A stretch of 60,683 bases of DNA, counting the filler. It is 4 parts of 4 records of this genome, joined end to end, with 100 filler letters (N's around TTAATTAATTAA, not from the genome) between each part and the next. Parts side by side here need not be neighbours in the genome. Positions count along the whole stretch, not along the records: positions 45,781 to 53,682 come from DRR723986_29007; positions 53,783 to 60,683 come from DRR723986_29481; 2 more parts are not named here. One strand, written 5' to 3'. Each line of letters opens with the position of its first letter. The first letter of the stretch is position 1. The notes below the pieces were generated by a model. The model searched no databases. It was not told where the DNA came from and was given only the letters and a program-made list of their open reading frames with translations. Positions 46,028-54,801 of this stretch are shown here, piece by piece. A program made the translations under genes and the position numbers.

Positions 46028-48307
46028 ATGCCTGCAAAACCCCGCACATCTGCCGCCCCGTCGATTGCGAAACTGATCGCGATGGAACTCGGCATATCCG
46101 AGCGCCAGGTCGATACTGTGATCGAGCTCCTCGGCGAAGGGGCAACAGTGCCTTTCATTGCCCGCTACCGGAAGGAGCGCACGGGCGGGCTGGACGATAC
46201 TCAGCTGCGGGCACTCGCAGAGCGGCTGGATTACCTGACGGAGTTGGCGAAGCGCCGTGATACGATCCTTGATGCCATCCGCCAGCAGGACAAGCTGACG
46301 CCGGACCTGGAACGCGAGATCATGGCGGCCGCGACGAAAGTGGCGCTGGAAGATCTCTATGCTCCCTACAAGCAGAAACGCCGGACCAAGGCGACGATCG
46401 CCAAAGAGGCGGGCCTCGAACCGCTGGCAGAGCGCATACTTGCCAACCCCGCAGTTGCGCTGGAAGCGGAAGCGAAAAGCTTCGTTTCCAAGAAGAAGGG
46501 CGTCGAGACACCGGACGCAGCCCTTAGCGGCGCGCGCGAGATCATTGTCGAGAAGATTGCGGAAACGCCGCGGCTGACCCGCAAGATCCGGGAAACCGTC
46601 TGGAAGCAGGGCAAGCTCGGGTCGTCCCTCGTGAAAGGCAAGGAGGCCGAAGGCGCGAAGTTCGCCGATTATTTCGACTTTGATGAGCCGTTTGAGAAGA
46701 TGCCTTCGCACCGCGCGCTCGCCATGCTGCGCGGACAAAAGGAAGGTATCTTGCGGATCAAGGTGGACGTACCTCACACGGATACGCGCCATCATCCGGC
46801 CGTACGGGAAATTTGTTCCGAATTCGGCTTTGCAAAGAAAGGACGCGCCGCTGATGAGTGGCTGATGGAAACGGCGGAGGCGGCCTGGAAGAGCAAACTG
46901 GAGCCGTCCAGCTCGCGGGAGTCGATCAACCGGTTGAAGGATTCGGCCGATGGCGAAGCGATCCGGGTCTTTTCCCGCAATATGAAAGACCTGCTGATGG
47001 CCGCACCGGCTGGCCACAAGGTTGTCATGGGGATAGATCCGGGTATCCGGACCGGCTGCAAGGTGGCCGTTGTGGACTCAACCGGCAAGCTGATCGATAC
47101 GGCGACGATCTATCCGCACGAGCCCAAGAAGGATTGGACCGGCGCCCTGACGACGCTGGCCAGGCTTTGCAAGAAGCACAAAGTGGAACTCGTCAGTGTC
47201 GGGAATGGAACCGCCGGGCGCGAGACCGATAAGCTGGTCGCAGACCTGTCGGACAAGATGCCGGATCTCGGCCTGACGCGCCTGATGGTTTCGGAAGCGG
47301 GGGCTTCGGTCTATTCGGCCTCGGAACTGGCAGCGAAAGAGTTCCCGGACCTCGATGTCAGCATCCGCGGGGCAGTCTCCATCGCGCGGCGCCTGCAGGA
47401 TCCGTTGGCAGAACTGGTGAAGATCGAACCCAAAGCCATCGGGGTCGGCCAGTACCAGCACGATGTCGATCAGGGCCAGCTTGCGAAGTCGCTCGACGGC
47501 GTGGTCGAGGACTGCGTGAACGCAGTGGGTGTGGATGTGAACACGGCCTCGGCCTCATTGCTTTCCCGTGTTGCTGGTCTGAACGCGACGATTGCGGCCA
47601 ATATCGTGGTCTATCGGGATCAGAACGGTCCGTTCAAATCGCGCAGTGAACTGAAGAAGGTGCCACGCCTTGGAGCGAAGGCATTCGAGCAAGCGGCCGG
47701 ATTCCTGCGCATCATGGATGGAAAGAATCCGCTGGACGCCTCGGCAGTCCACCCGGAAGCGTATCCGGTTGTAGAGCGCATAGCGAAAAAAACCGGCCGG
47801 AAGGTGGCCGCCCTGATCGGAGACAAGGCATTCTTGTCGAAGCTGAAGGCGGAAGACTTTGCCGACGAGACATTCGGTGTGCCGACCGTGAAGGACATTC
47901 TCAGCGAACTGGAAAAGCCGGGGCGTGACCCGCGTCCTGAGTTCAAGACGGCGACCTTCAAGGACGGTGTTGATACGATGAGCGACCTGAAGCCGGGTAT
48001 GCGACTGGAAGGAGTCGTCACCAATGTGACCGCTTTCGGCGCGTTCGTGGATATCGGCGTTCACCAGGATGGCCTCGTTCATATCTCCGAACTGTCCGAC
48101 ACATTCGTGAAAGACCCGCACAGCGTGGTGAAGACGGGGCAGGTCGTGAATGTTGTCGTTCTGGAAGTGGATGCCTCGCGCAAGCGGATCGGCCTCAGCA
48201 TGAAACGCCAGGGCTCTCAGCAGGCGGCGAAGCCGGGCAAGGAATCGAAGGCGGCGGAACGGAAGCCATCCGATAGTCCTTTCGGCGTATTGGCCTCGCT
48301 TCGGTAG
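46028..48307 (+). CDS. tex: Tex family RNA-binding transcription accessory protein
   Basis: GATVPFIARYRKE, YqgF-like GIDPGIRTGCK, SEAGASVYSAS, HhH repeats and C-terminal S1 domain FGAFVDIGVHQDGLVHIS. Confidence 0.95.
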   Translation: MPAKPRTSAAPSIAKLIAMELGISERQVDTVIELLGEGATVPFIARYRKERTGGLDDTQLRALAERLDYLTELAKRRDTILDAIRQQDKLTPDLEREIMAAATKVALEDLYAPYKQKRRTKATIAKEAGLEPLAERILANPAVALEAEAKSFVSKKKGVETPDAALSGAREIIVEKIAETPRLTRKIRETVWKQGKLGSSLVKGKEAEGAKFADYFDFDEPFEKMPSHRALAMLRGQKEGILRIKVDVPHTDTRHHPAVREICSEFGFAKKGRAADEWLMETAEAAWKSKLEPSSSRESINRLKDSADGEAIRVFSRNMKDLLMAAPAGHKVVMGIDPGIRTGCKVAVVDSTGKLIDTATIYPHEPKKDWTGALTTLARLCKKHKVELVSVGNGTAGRETDKLVADLSDKMPDLGLTRLMVSEAGASVYSASELAAKEFPDLDVSIRGAVSIARRLQDPLAELVKIEPKAIGVGQYQHDVDQGQLAKSLDGVVEDCVNAVGVDVNTASASLLSRVAGLNATIAANIVVYRDQNGPFKSRSELKKVPRLGAKAFEQAAGFLRIMDGKNPLDASAVHPEAYPVVERIAKKTGRKVAALIGDKAFLSKLKAEDFADETFGVPTVKDILSELEKPGRDPRPEFKTATFKDGVDTMSDLKPGMRLEGVVTNVTAFGAFVDIGVHQDGLVHISELSDTFVKDPHSVVKTGQVVNVVVLEVDASRKRIGLSMKRQGSQQAAKPGKESKAAERKPSDSPFGVLASLR

Positions 48308-48362
48308 GGGTGGACGGCGCCAAGCCCTTGCGGCCTAATGGCCCAATTGGCGGGAGGCGCGG

Positions 48363-49979
48363 TTGAACGGCACGGCGGATCTGGACGGTGAGTACGACCA
48401 CATCATTGTAGGGGCAGGCTCTGCCGGTTGCGTCGTGGCCAACCGTCTTTCTGAATCCGGCAACCGGCGGGTCTTGCTGCTGGAGGCGGGCGGCCGCGAT
48501 AACTGGATCTGGTTCCATATCCCGGTAGGCTACCTCTTCGCGATCGGGAACCCGCGGTCCGACTGGATGTTCGAGACTGTGGCGGAGCCGGGACTCAATG
48601 GTCGCAAGCTGAACTATCCGCGCGGCAAGGTCCTGGGCGGGTCGTCCGCCATTAATGCCATGATCTCCATGCGCGGGCAGGCGGCGGACTATGATTATTG
48701 GAAAAGCCTCGGGCTTCCAGGCTGGGGATGGGATGATGTGTTGCCCGTTTTCCGCCGGATCGAGGATCATTTCCTGGGCGAAAGCGGCGTGCATGGCACT
48801 GGTGGAGAATGGCGTGTCGAGGCGCCACGAGTTCGCTGGGACATTCTGGATGCCGTGCGGGAGGCGGCGCAGGAAATGGGTGTCGAGCAGGTCGACGATT
48901 TCAACACCGGGGACAATGAAGGCTCCTCCTATTTTCATGTGAATCAGAAGGACGGCGTGCGGTGGTCGGCGGCGCGAGGATTCCTGAAGCCCGCCATGGG
49001 GCGGAACAATCTGCGCGTCGAGACAGGTTGCCTGACTGACAGGCTGGTCTTGGAAAATGGCCGTGCGGCCGCGGTCGAATTCGTACAGGAGGGCGAGCGT
49101 CGGCGGGCCAGATGCCGCGGAGAGATTATTCTCTGTGCCGGCTCCATCGGGTCTGTGCAGGTTCTACAGCGCTCCGGTATCGGGCCAGGAGAGGTGTTAA
49201 CGGCAGCGGGTGTCGCTGTTCAAGTGGATCGGCAAGGCGTTGGCCGGAACCTGCAGGACCATTTGCAGCAACGCGCCATCTACAGGGTCAGCGGCGCGCG
49301 AACGTTGAACGAGACCTATCACAATCTATTCCGTCGTGGCCTGATGGGGCTCGACTATGCAGTACGGCGGCGCGGACCGCTCACCATGGCGCCGTCGCAG
49401 CTTGGTGTTTTTACGCGCTCGGATGCCAGACAGGAGCGCGCGAACATCGAGTTTCACGTTCAGCCGCTCTCGCTCGACAAGTTCGGGGACCCGCTACATC
49501 GGTTTCCGGCAATTACGGTCAGCGCGTGCAATCTGCGTCCGACGTCACGGGGCGAGACACGTATTGCTTCGCCGGATCCTGCGGCGAAGCCGATTATTGC
49601 GCCGAACTATCTGTCTACGGAGGAAGACCGGGAAGTCGCTGCGGATGCGATAAGGGCGACGCGGCAGCTTATGAGGCAGCCGGCAATGGCTCGATATTCA
49701 CCGAATGAGTTTCTGCCCGGCCTTGCCGTTGGCGATGACGATGCTGCGTTGGCCAAAGCGGCCGGGGACATCGGGACAACCATCTTCCATCCGGTCGGTA
49801 CGGCGAAGATGGGGCGGCCTGACGATCCAGATGCCGTCGTGGACAAGGATTTACGGGTTATCGGCGTGGAGGGACTGCGCGTGATCGATGCGTCGATCAT
49901 GCCAACCATCACATCCGGCAATACCAATACGCCCACCATCATGATTGCAGACAAGGTTTCCCGGGAGATGACGGCATGA
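48363..49979 (+). CDS. GMC family FAD oxidoreductase (choline/alcohol dehydrogenase-like)
   Basis: GAGSAG, RGKVLGGSSAINAM, VGRNLQDH, FHPVGTAKMG and SGNTN; TTG start after GGAGG. Confidence 0.92.
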   Translation: MNGTADLDGEYDHIIVGAGSAGCVVANRLSESGNRRVLLLEAGGRDNWIWFHIPVGYLFAIGNPRSDWMFETVAEPGLNGRKLNYPRGKVLGGSSAINAMISMRGQAADYDYWKSLGLPGWGWDDVLPVFRRIEDHFLGESGVHGTGGEWRVEAPRVRWDILDAVREAAQEMGVEQVDDFNTGDNEGSSYFHVNQKDGVRWSAARGFLKPAMGRNNLRVETGCLTDRLVLENGRAAAVEFVQEGERRRARCRGEIILCAGSIGSVQVLQRSGIGPGEVLTAAGVAVQVDRQGVGRNLQDHLQQRAIYRVSGARTLNETYHNLFRRGLMGLDYAVRRRGPLTMAPSQLGVFTRSDARQERANIEFHVQPLSLDKFGDPLHRFPAITVSACNLRPTSRGETRIASPDPAAKPIIAPNYLSTEEDREVAADAIRATRQLMRQPAMARYSPNEFLPGLAVGDDDAALAKAAGDIGTTIFHPVGTAKMGRPDDPDAVVDKDLRVIGVEGLRVIDASIMPTITSGNTNTPTIMIADKVSREMTA

Positions 49980-51601
49980 GCCAACCAGAACAGCCATGGT
50001 GGCGCGGTGCAGTCCTGTACCAGATCTATCCGCGGTCTTATCTCGATACCAATGGCGATGGTGTGGGTGATCTGCAGGGGATCACCCAGAAGCTGGATTA
50101 TATCGCGTCGCTGGGTGTGGACGGGATCTGGATCTCGCCTTTCTTCGCCTCTCCCATGAAGGATTTCGGCTACGATGTCTCAGATTATTGTGCCGTAGAT
50201 CCGGTCTTCGGGACGCTGGACGATTTTGATCAGCTTCTGAACCGCGCCCACGGGTATGGGCTGAAGGTCGTCATCGACCAGGTTTACGCTCACACATCAG
50301 ACCAGCATGCCTGGTTCACGGAGTCTCGCCTGAGTCGGGATAATCCGAAAGCGGATTGGTATGTCTGGAAGGATCCGAAACCCGATGGCGCGCCTCCCAA
50401 CAACTGGCAGGCAGTGTTCGGCGGGGCCGCGTGGACATGGGATGCGCGGCGTCAGCAATACTTCATGCATAATTTCCTGCCGGAGCAACCTCAGTTGAAC
50501 GTGCACAATCCGGATGTGCAGGATGCTTTGCTGGGCACAGCGCGTTTCTGGCTGGACAAGGGTGTGGACGGCTTCCGGCTGGATGCAATCAATTTTGCCA
50601 TGCATGACCAGGCCTTCCAGGACAATCCGCCCTGGGATCCAACTGGCCGGACGATCACCAGACCGTTTGATTTGCAGCGCCGGGTCTACAATCAGTCCCG
50701 GCCAGAGGTGCCGGGATTCCTGGAACGGGTTCGAAAGCTGACGGACGAATACGGCGATCGCTACACCGTGGCCGAAGTGGCAACAGATGATCCTCTTCCT
50801 ACCATGCGCGCCTATACAAGGGGCGATAAACGACTGACGGCCGCCTACAGCTTCGATTTCCTTTATGCGCCAACGCTCACAGCCAAGCGCGTACGACGGT
50901 CGCAGGCAAACTGGGTGGGCGCGACCGAAGAAGGCTGGCCGTCATGGGCATTCTCGAACCATGATGCCCCACGCTGCGTCAGCCGCTGGTATGATGGACC
51001 CGACAGGGCGCGCTTTGCCAAACTGACGAATGCGCTTTTACTTTGCCTGCGAGGCAACCCAATTCTGTATCAGGGAGAAGAGCTCGGCCTGACTCAGGTG
51101 GATGTTCCTTTTGAAGCTCTGCAGGATCCGGAAGCCATCGCAAATTGGCCGCGGACTTTGGGACGTGATGGTGCCAGGACGCCCATGCCTTGGGACGATA
51201 AGGAGCCGAATGCTGGGTTTTCTTCTACCAAGCCCTGGCTGCCGGTCGGACCGGATCATCCCGGTCTGTCGGTCGGTGTCCAAGAGGATGATCCAGCTTC
51301 AGTCCTGAATTTCACGCGACAGTTCCTCGAAGTGCGAAGCCGCAGTCCGACACTTCTTTATGGACATCTATCCTTTCATGATGTGCCTGCGCCTTTGTTG
51401 GCGTTTAGTCGTTCCTCCGACGCGGACGAGGTTCTTTGTCTGTTCAATCTATCGGAAACGCCGGTTAGCCTGCCTGATGAAATATCGCTGAAAGAGTGGG
51501 TCTTCACAATTTCCAATATCGAAATGAGCCTTCCAGTGCGGGAATTGCTACCCTATTCTGTTTTGCTTTTGCGTCGGCAAATCAGCCAGTTAGGTGAATG
51601 A
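49976..51601 (+). CDS. GH13 alpha-glucosidase (oligo-1,6-glucosidase/AglA-like)
   Basis: YQIYPRS, DFGYDVSDY, catalytic GFRLDAIN, VAEV and SNHD, YQGEELG and RDGARTPMPW; ATGA overlap with the GMC gene. Confidence 0.92.
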   Translation: MSQPEQPWWRGAVLYQIYPRSYLDTNGDGVGDLQGITQKLDYIASLGVDGIWISPFFASPMKDFGYDVSDYCAVDPVFGTLDDFDQLLNRAHGYGLKVVIDQVYAHTSDQHAWFTESRLSRDNPKADWYVWKDPKPDGAPPNNWQAVFGGAAWTWDARRQQYFMHNFLPEQPQLNVHNPDVQDALLGTARFWLDKGVDGFRLDAINFAMHDQAFQDNPPWDPTGRTITRPFDLQRRVYNQSRPEVPGFLERVRKLTDEYGDRYTVAEVATDDPLPTMRAYTRGDKRLTAAYSFDFLYAPTLTAKRVRRSQANWVGATEEGWPSWAFSNHDAPRCVSRWYDGPDRARFAKLTNALLLCLRGNPILYQGEELGLTQVDVPFEALQDPEAIANWPRTLGRDGARTPMPWDDKEPNAGFSSTKPWLPVGPDHPGLSVGVQEDDPASVLNFTRQFLEVRSRSPTLLYGHLSFHDVPAPLLAFSRSSDADEVLCLFNLSETPVSLPDEISLKEWVFTISNIEMSLPVRELLPYSVLLLRRQISQLGE

Positions 51602-51913
51602 GTGATCTTTTGCATAGCCCGGCAATCCAATCATTTGACTGAGTGAATCGGGAAGAAATAAGATCCGGTTCAGGTTGATATGATTTTATCATTTCGTCTC
51701 GCGCCCTTAAGGGGCCCTCGGAAATTTTCTGTCGGTAAGGTGAGCTGTCCGGCAAGTGTTGGCTAATCACAATGGTTTTGCCAGGTAGCCGAGAGCTAAA
51801 GGTTACGGAAACTCAGACCCTTTGCGATCTGAGCCGGGTTTCCGGCGGCAAAGACGGCCTGATAAACGGTCCAGCTGGGTCCGGAACGGGCTTGAGAAAA
51901 TCAACCGCCGTCA

Positions 51914-51939
51914 ATAAATTGTCCATGTTGGACATTTAT
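51914..51939. promoter_or_regulatory. palindromic operator-like site upstream of the LacI gene
   Basis: ATAAATTGTCCA-TGT-TGGACATTTAT. Confidence 0.55.
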
Positions 51940-51982
51940 GTTGGGTCAAAATAGACAAAATCTCTAGAAAAGGAGCGCGATT

Positions 51983-53038
51983 ATGGCGACCATTCATGAT
52001 GTTGCAGAGCGCGCGGGTGTTTCGGTAAAGACAGTTTCGCGCGTTATGAACAATTACTCGCACGTCTCCGAAAAGACCCGTAACAAAGTCAAAGCCGCTA
52101 TCTCGGCATTGAATTACGCTCCTTCCATAATTGCGCGCCAGATGCGTTCAGGGGATAACAGCAGCATCGGAATGCTCTACGGAGACCCCAGCAGCGGTTA
52201 TCAGGCCCAGCTGAATCACTCTATGCTCAAAGCGTGCGCTGATGCTCAGAGTTATCTGGCTGTGGAGCTGTTCGATGAGGAGAGCCAGAATTGGGCGCGC
52301 CAGGTCGAGCGGTTTTTGGATCGGACCCATGTGACGCGGATGATGCTTGTGCCGCCGATGTGCGACTCGGCAGAAATTCACCAGCTACTAAAGGACAGGG
52401 GGGTAAGGTTTGTCCTGTTGTCTCCCAGTCAGCCGGTTGTAGGCGTGCATGCTGTTACAATGGATGATCGTATGGCGGCACGGCAGATGACGGAACATCT
52501 GATCAAACTGGGGCACCGACGCATCGGTCATATCGCTGGCCATGAGGGGCATATCGCAACCCTGTTGCGACGGCTAGGCTATGAGGATGCAATGATCGCT
52601 GCAGGGCTTGGCGATAGCATGGGCGATCTGATCGCAAATGGCCGGTTCCAGTTCCGGCAGGCGATGGAATGTGCTGATGAGATGCTCTCCAGGCACAACC
52701 GGCCTTCCGCCATATTTGCGGCCAATGACCATATGGCGATTGCTGTAATGATGGCGGCTCACAGAAGGGGGCTCAACGTGCCCGAGGACCTCTCCGTGGC
52801 AGGGGTCGACGATACGTATATGGGACGTTCTGTCTGGCCACCGCTTACAACAATCGCTCAGCCTTTTGATCAGATGGCAAGAGCGGCCGTTGAGATCTTG
52901 AGCGACCCCGGGTTCGAAACGGGGGCAGCGTCTTCGACGTACGTTCTTCCCCACCGGCTAATTATCCGGGAATCGACTGCCAGGTGCAAGGTTGCGGCCT
53001 GGGCCGCCAAGCGGCACGACAATAGAAAAGACAATTAA
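51983..53038 (+). CDS. LacI family transcriptional regulator
   Basis: TIHDVAERAGVSVKTVSRVMN HTH; LGHRRIG; PEDLSVAGVDD; PPLTTI; SD AAGGAG upstream. Confidence 0.95.
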   Translation: MATIHDVAERAGVSVKTVSRVMNNYSHVSEKTRNKVKAAISALNYAPSIIARQMRSGDNSSIGMLYGDPSSGYQAQLNHSMLKACADAQSYLAVELFDEESQNWARQVERFLDRTHVTRMMLVPPMCDSAEIHQLLKDRGVRFVLLSPSQPVVGVHAVTMDDRMAARQMTEHLIKLGHRRIGHIAGHEGHIATLLRRLGYEDAMIAAGLGDSMGDLIANGRFQFRQAMECADEMLSRHNRPSAIFAANDHMAIAVMMAAHRRGLNVPEDLSVAGVDDTYMGRSVWPPLTTIAQPFDQMARAAVEILSDPGFETGAASSTYVLPHRLIIRESTARCKVAAWAAKRHDNRKDN

Positions 53039-53078
53039 TTGTCCTTTTATATTTATTAATTGACAAGGTAGGACAATT
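53030..53078. promoter_or_regulatory. TTGTCC/GGACAA inverted repeats upstream of the TonB-dependent receptor
   Basis: Perfect palindrome GACAATTAATTGTC (53030-53043); AATTGTCCT (53037-53045) is the reverse complement of AGGACAATT (53070-53078); TTGACA at 53060-53065. Confidence 0.55.
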
Positions 53079-53138
53079 TTTGCTTCCCTGCGCCTTGGCT
53101 GACCAGCGAGATTGGCAAAAGGCTAAGGGAGAAAACCA

Positions 53139-53682
53139 ATGATAAGACGTTCCGTAATCAAGCGTGCGGTGCTTGGCGCATCGCTGACTGTCCTGTCAGG
53201 TCAGTTGGCGCTCGCAGCCGCGCAGGAGTCCGAAGAGGCAAAGACCGACAATGACGCCGTTAGCGTTCTCGATACCGTAACCGTTACGGTCGAGCGGCGC
53301 GCGCAATCGCTTCAAGACTATGCAGGGACCGCCGCAGCGCTCAGCGGAGACGAGATCAAGTTGATCGGCGCTCAGGACTTCAACGATCTCGACGGCAAGA
53401 TTCCTGGCCTGTCGGTTGCGAATAATCAGGGCAATATCGAAGTCTATATTCGCGGCGTGGGGTCTTCAAACAACACCGAACTGGGGGATCCAGCCGCGGC
53501 GACGCACATGAACGACGTGTACGTACCACGCCCGTCCGGCTTCGGCGCTGCCTTTTTCGATATCGAGCGTGTTGAAGTGAATATCGGACCGCAGGGCACT
53601 TTGCGCGGACGCAATGCCACGGCAGGGTCAGTCAACATCATTCCCTGGAAGCCAGGCATCGGCGTCACCGATGGCATGATCG
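53139..53682 (+). CDS. TonB-dependent receptor, N-terminal plug region, 3'-truncated by the contig end
   Basis: Signal peptide, TonB box DTVTVT, RRAQSLQD, YIRGVG and DIERVEVNIGPQGTLRGRNATAGSVNII. Confidence 0.9.
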
Positions 53683-53782
53683 NNNNNNNNNNNNNNNNNN
53701 NNNNNNNNNNNNNNNNNNNNNNNNNNTTAATTAATTAANNNNNNNNNNNNNNNNNNNNNNNNNNNNNNNNNNNNNNNNNNNN
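53683..53782. other. artificial contig linker
   Basis: 44 N + TTAATTAATTAA + 44 N. Confidence 0.98.
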
Positions 53783-54801
53783 TGAGTCGAGTGGCTCATG
53801 AATTTGAGGTTGCGTCTGCGCGCCGGTTGCATCTGCGAATTTTGGTCTCAATCTGGGCTCTTGGCCTGGCGGCTTTGTGACCTTGTGACTTCAGAGTTGG
53901 TGAATGCAAGACTTGTCCTGTTGGTCGCAATCGATTTAAGCGGTGGTGCATGGGCAACAAGTAGGCCCAGGTGCATTCAATCTACGAACTAAAAATGAGT
54001 GGATCTGGTAGCGCTTGCAGACTGGTGCGTGTCCAAGTTGGCAGGGGACTTTGTACAGCGTGCATGACTGGCTATTGCTGTGCCGTATGGAGCGGCAAAG
54101 CGACATTTGAGTTCTGGCTTGGGCCTTGAATCCCAAGGGACGCATAGGTGCTGATGGACCGGAGTCTTTTTGGGGGGCTCAGGGTAGTCTGCAATCTCGT
54201 GCGCTGATGCATTGGAGGCAAAAAGCATTGAAGCGCAGCGCATGTGATCTGTGGGCCCAAGGACTAACATGAAGAAAAAAGCTAGCCATCGGCCTGAAAG
54301 GCGGGGCGCGGCGGTCAAGCTTAAGCTGACATGGAGGAGTGAAGGGAGGGGGAGAAAACATCCGGAAAACACCGTATGGGGGCGGGAACGAGGTGTTTGG
54401 CAGAAAAGCTTGAAATAATTGCGGGCCGATATTGAACTTGACCTTGGGTAATAGCCTACGATAAAAAGGTGATGCGAAGTCTGTGTTGTGGAGATTTATT
54501 GAGTGCGTGATTGTGATTCGTTGCAAAAATTCGGATATTTGGGGTGAGAGTGTCGATGAACCACTCCCAAAGCCAGATGTTTCCTTCCGGAACGAGCTTT
54601 CTGTGCTGAAATTATGCGGAAAAAATCTGGATACTTTTCCCTGAAAATCTTGAACTGCTTATGTGGCCGCTTCGCAAATCCCCCAGCCGGAGCTCGCGTA
54701 GTTCATTTGTGTGTCCGCAGACCGAACAACTTTTTATTTAACTAAATCCCCGGAATTGTGCTGCAACAAGTGTGCAAGTTTCCGGCATTGGCAGGTAATC
54801 A

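Noticed and set aside
45725..47017. 430-aa minus-strand ORF and other ORFs ending in X runs or LIN
   Set aside because: It is an antisense shadow of GC-rich tex and the tRNA, and its stop is supplied by the artificial linker.
48195..50741. Many 60-250 aa alternative-frame ORFs overlapping the GMC and glucosidase genes
   Set aside because: Expected shadow ORFs in high-GC coding DNA, with no motifs.
54280..54330. Possible c-di-GMP riboswitch (GCCTGAAAGGC)
   Set aside because: It lacks the GGCAAA...GACGCAAAGC framework and lies about 480 nt from the next gene.
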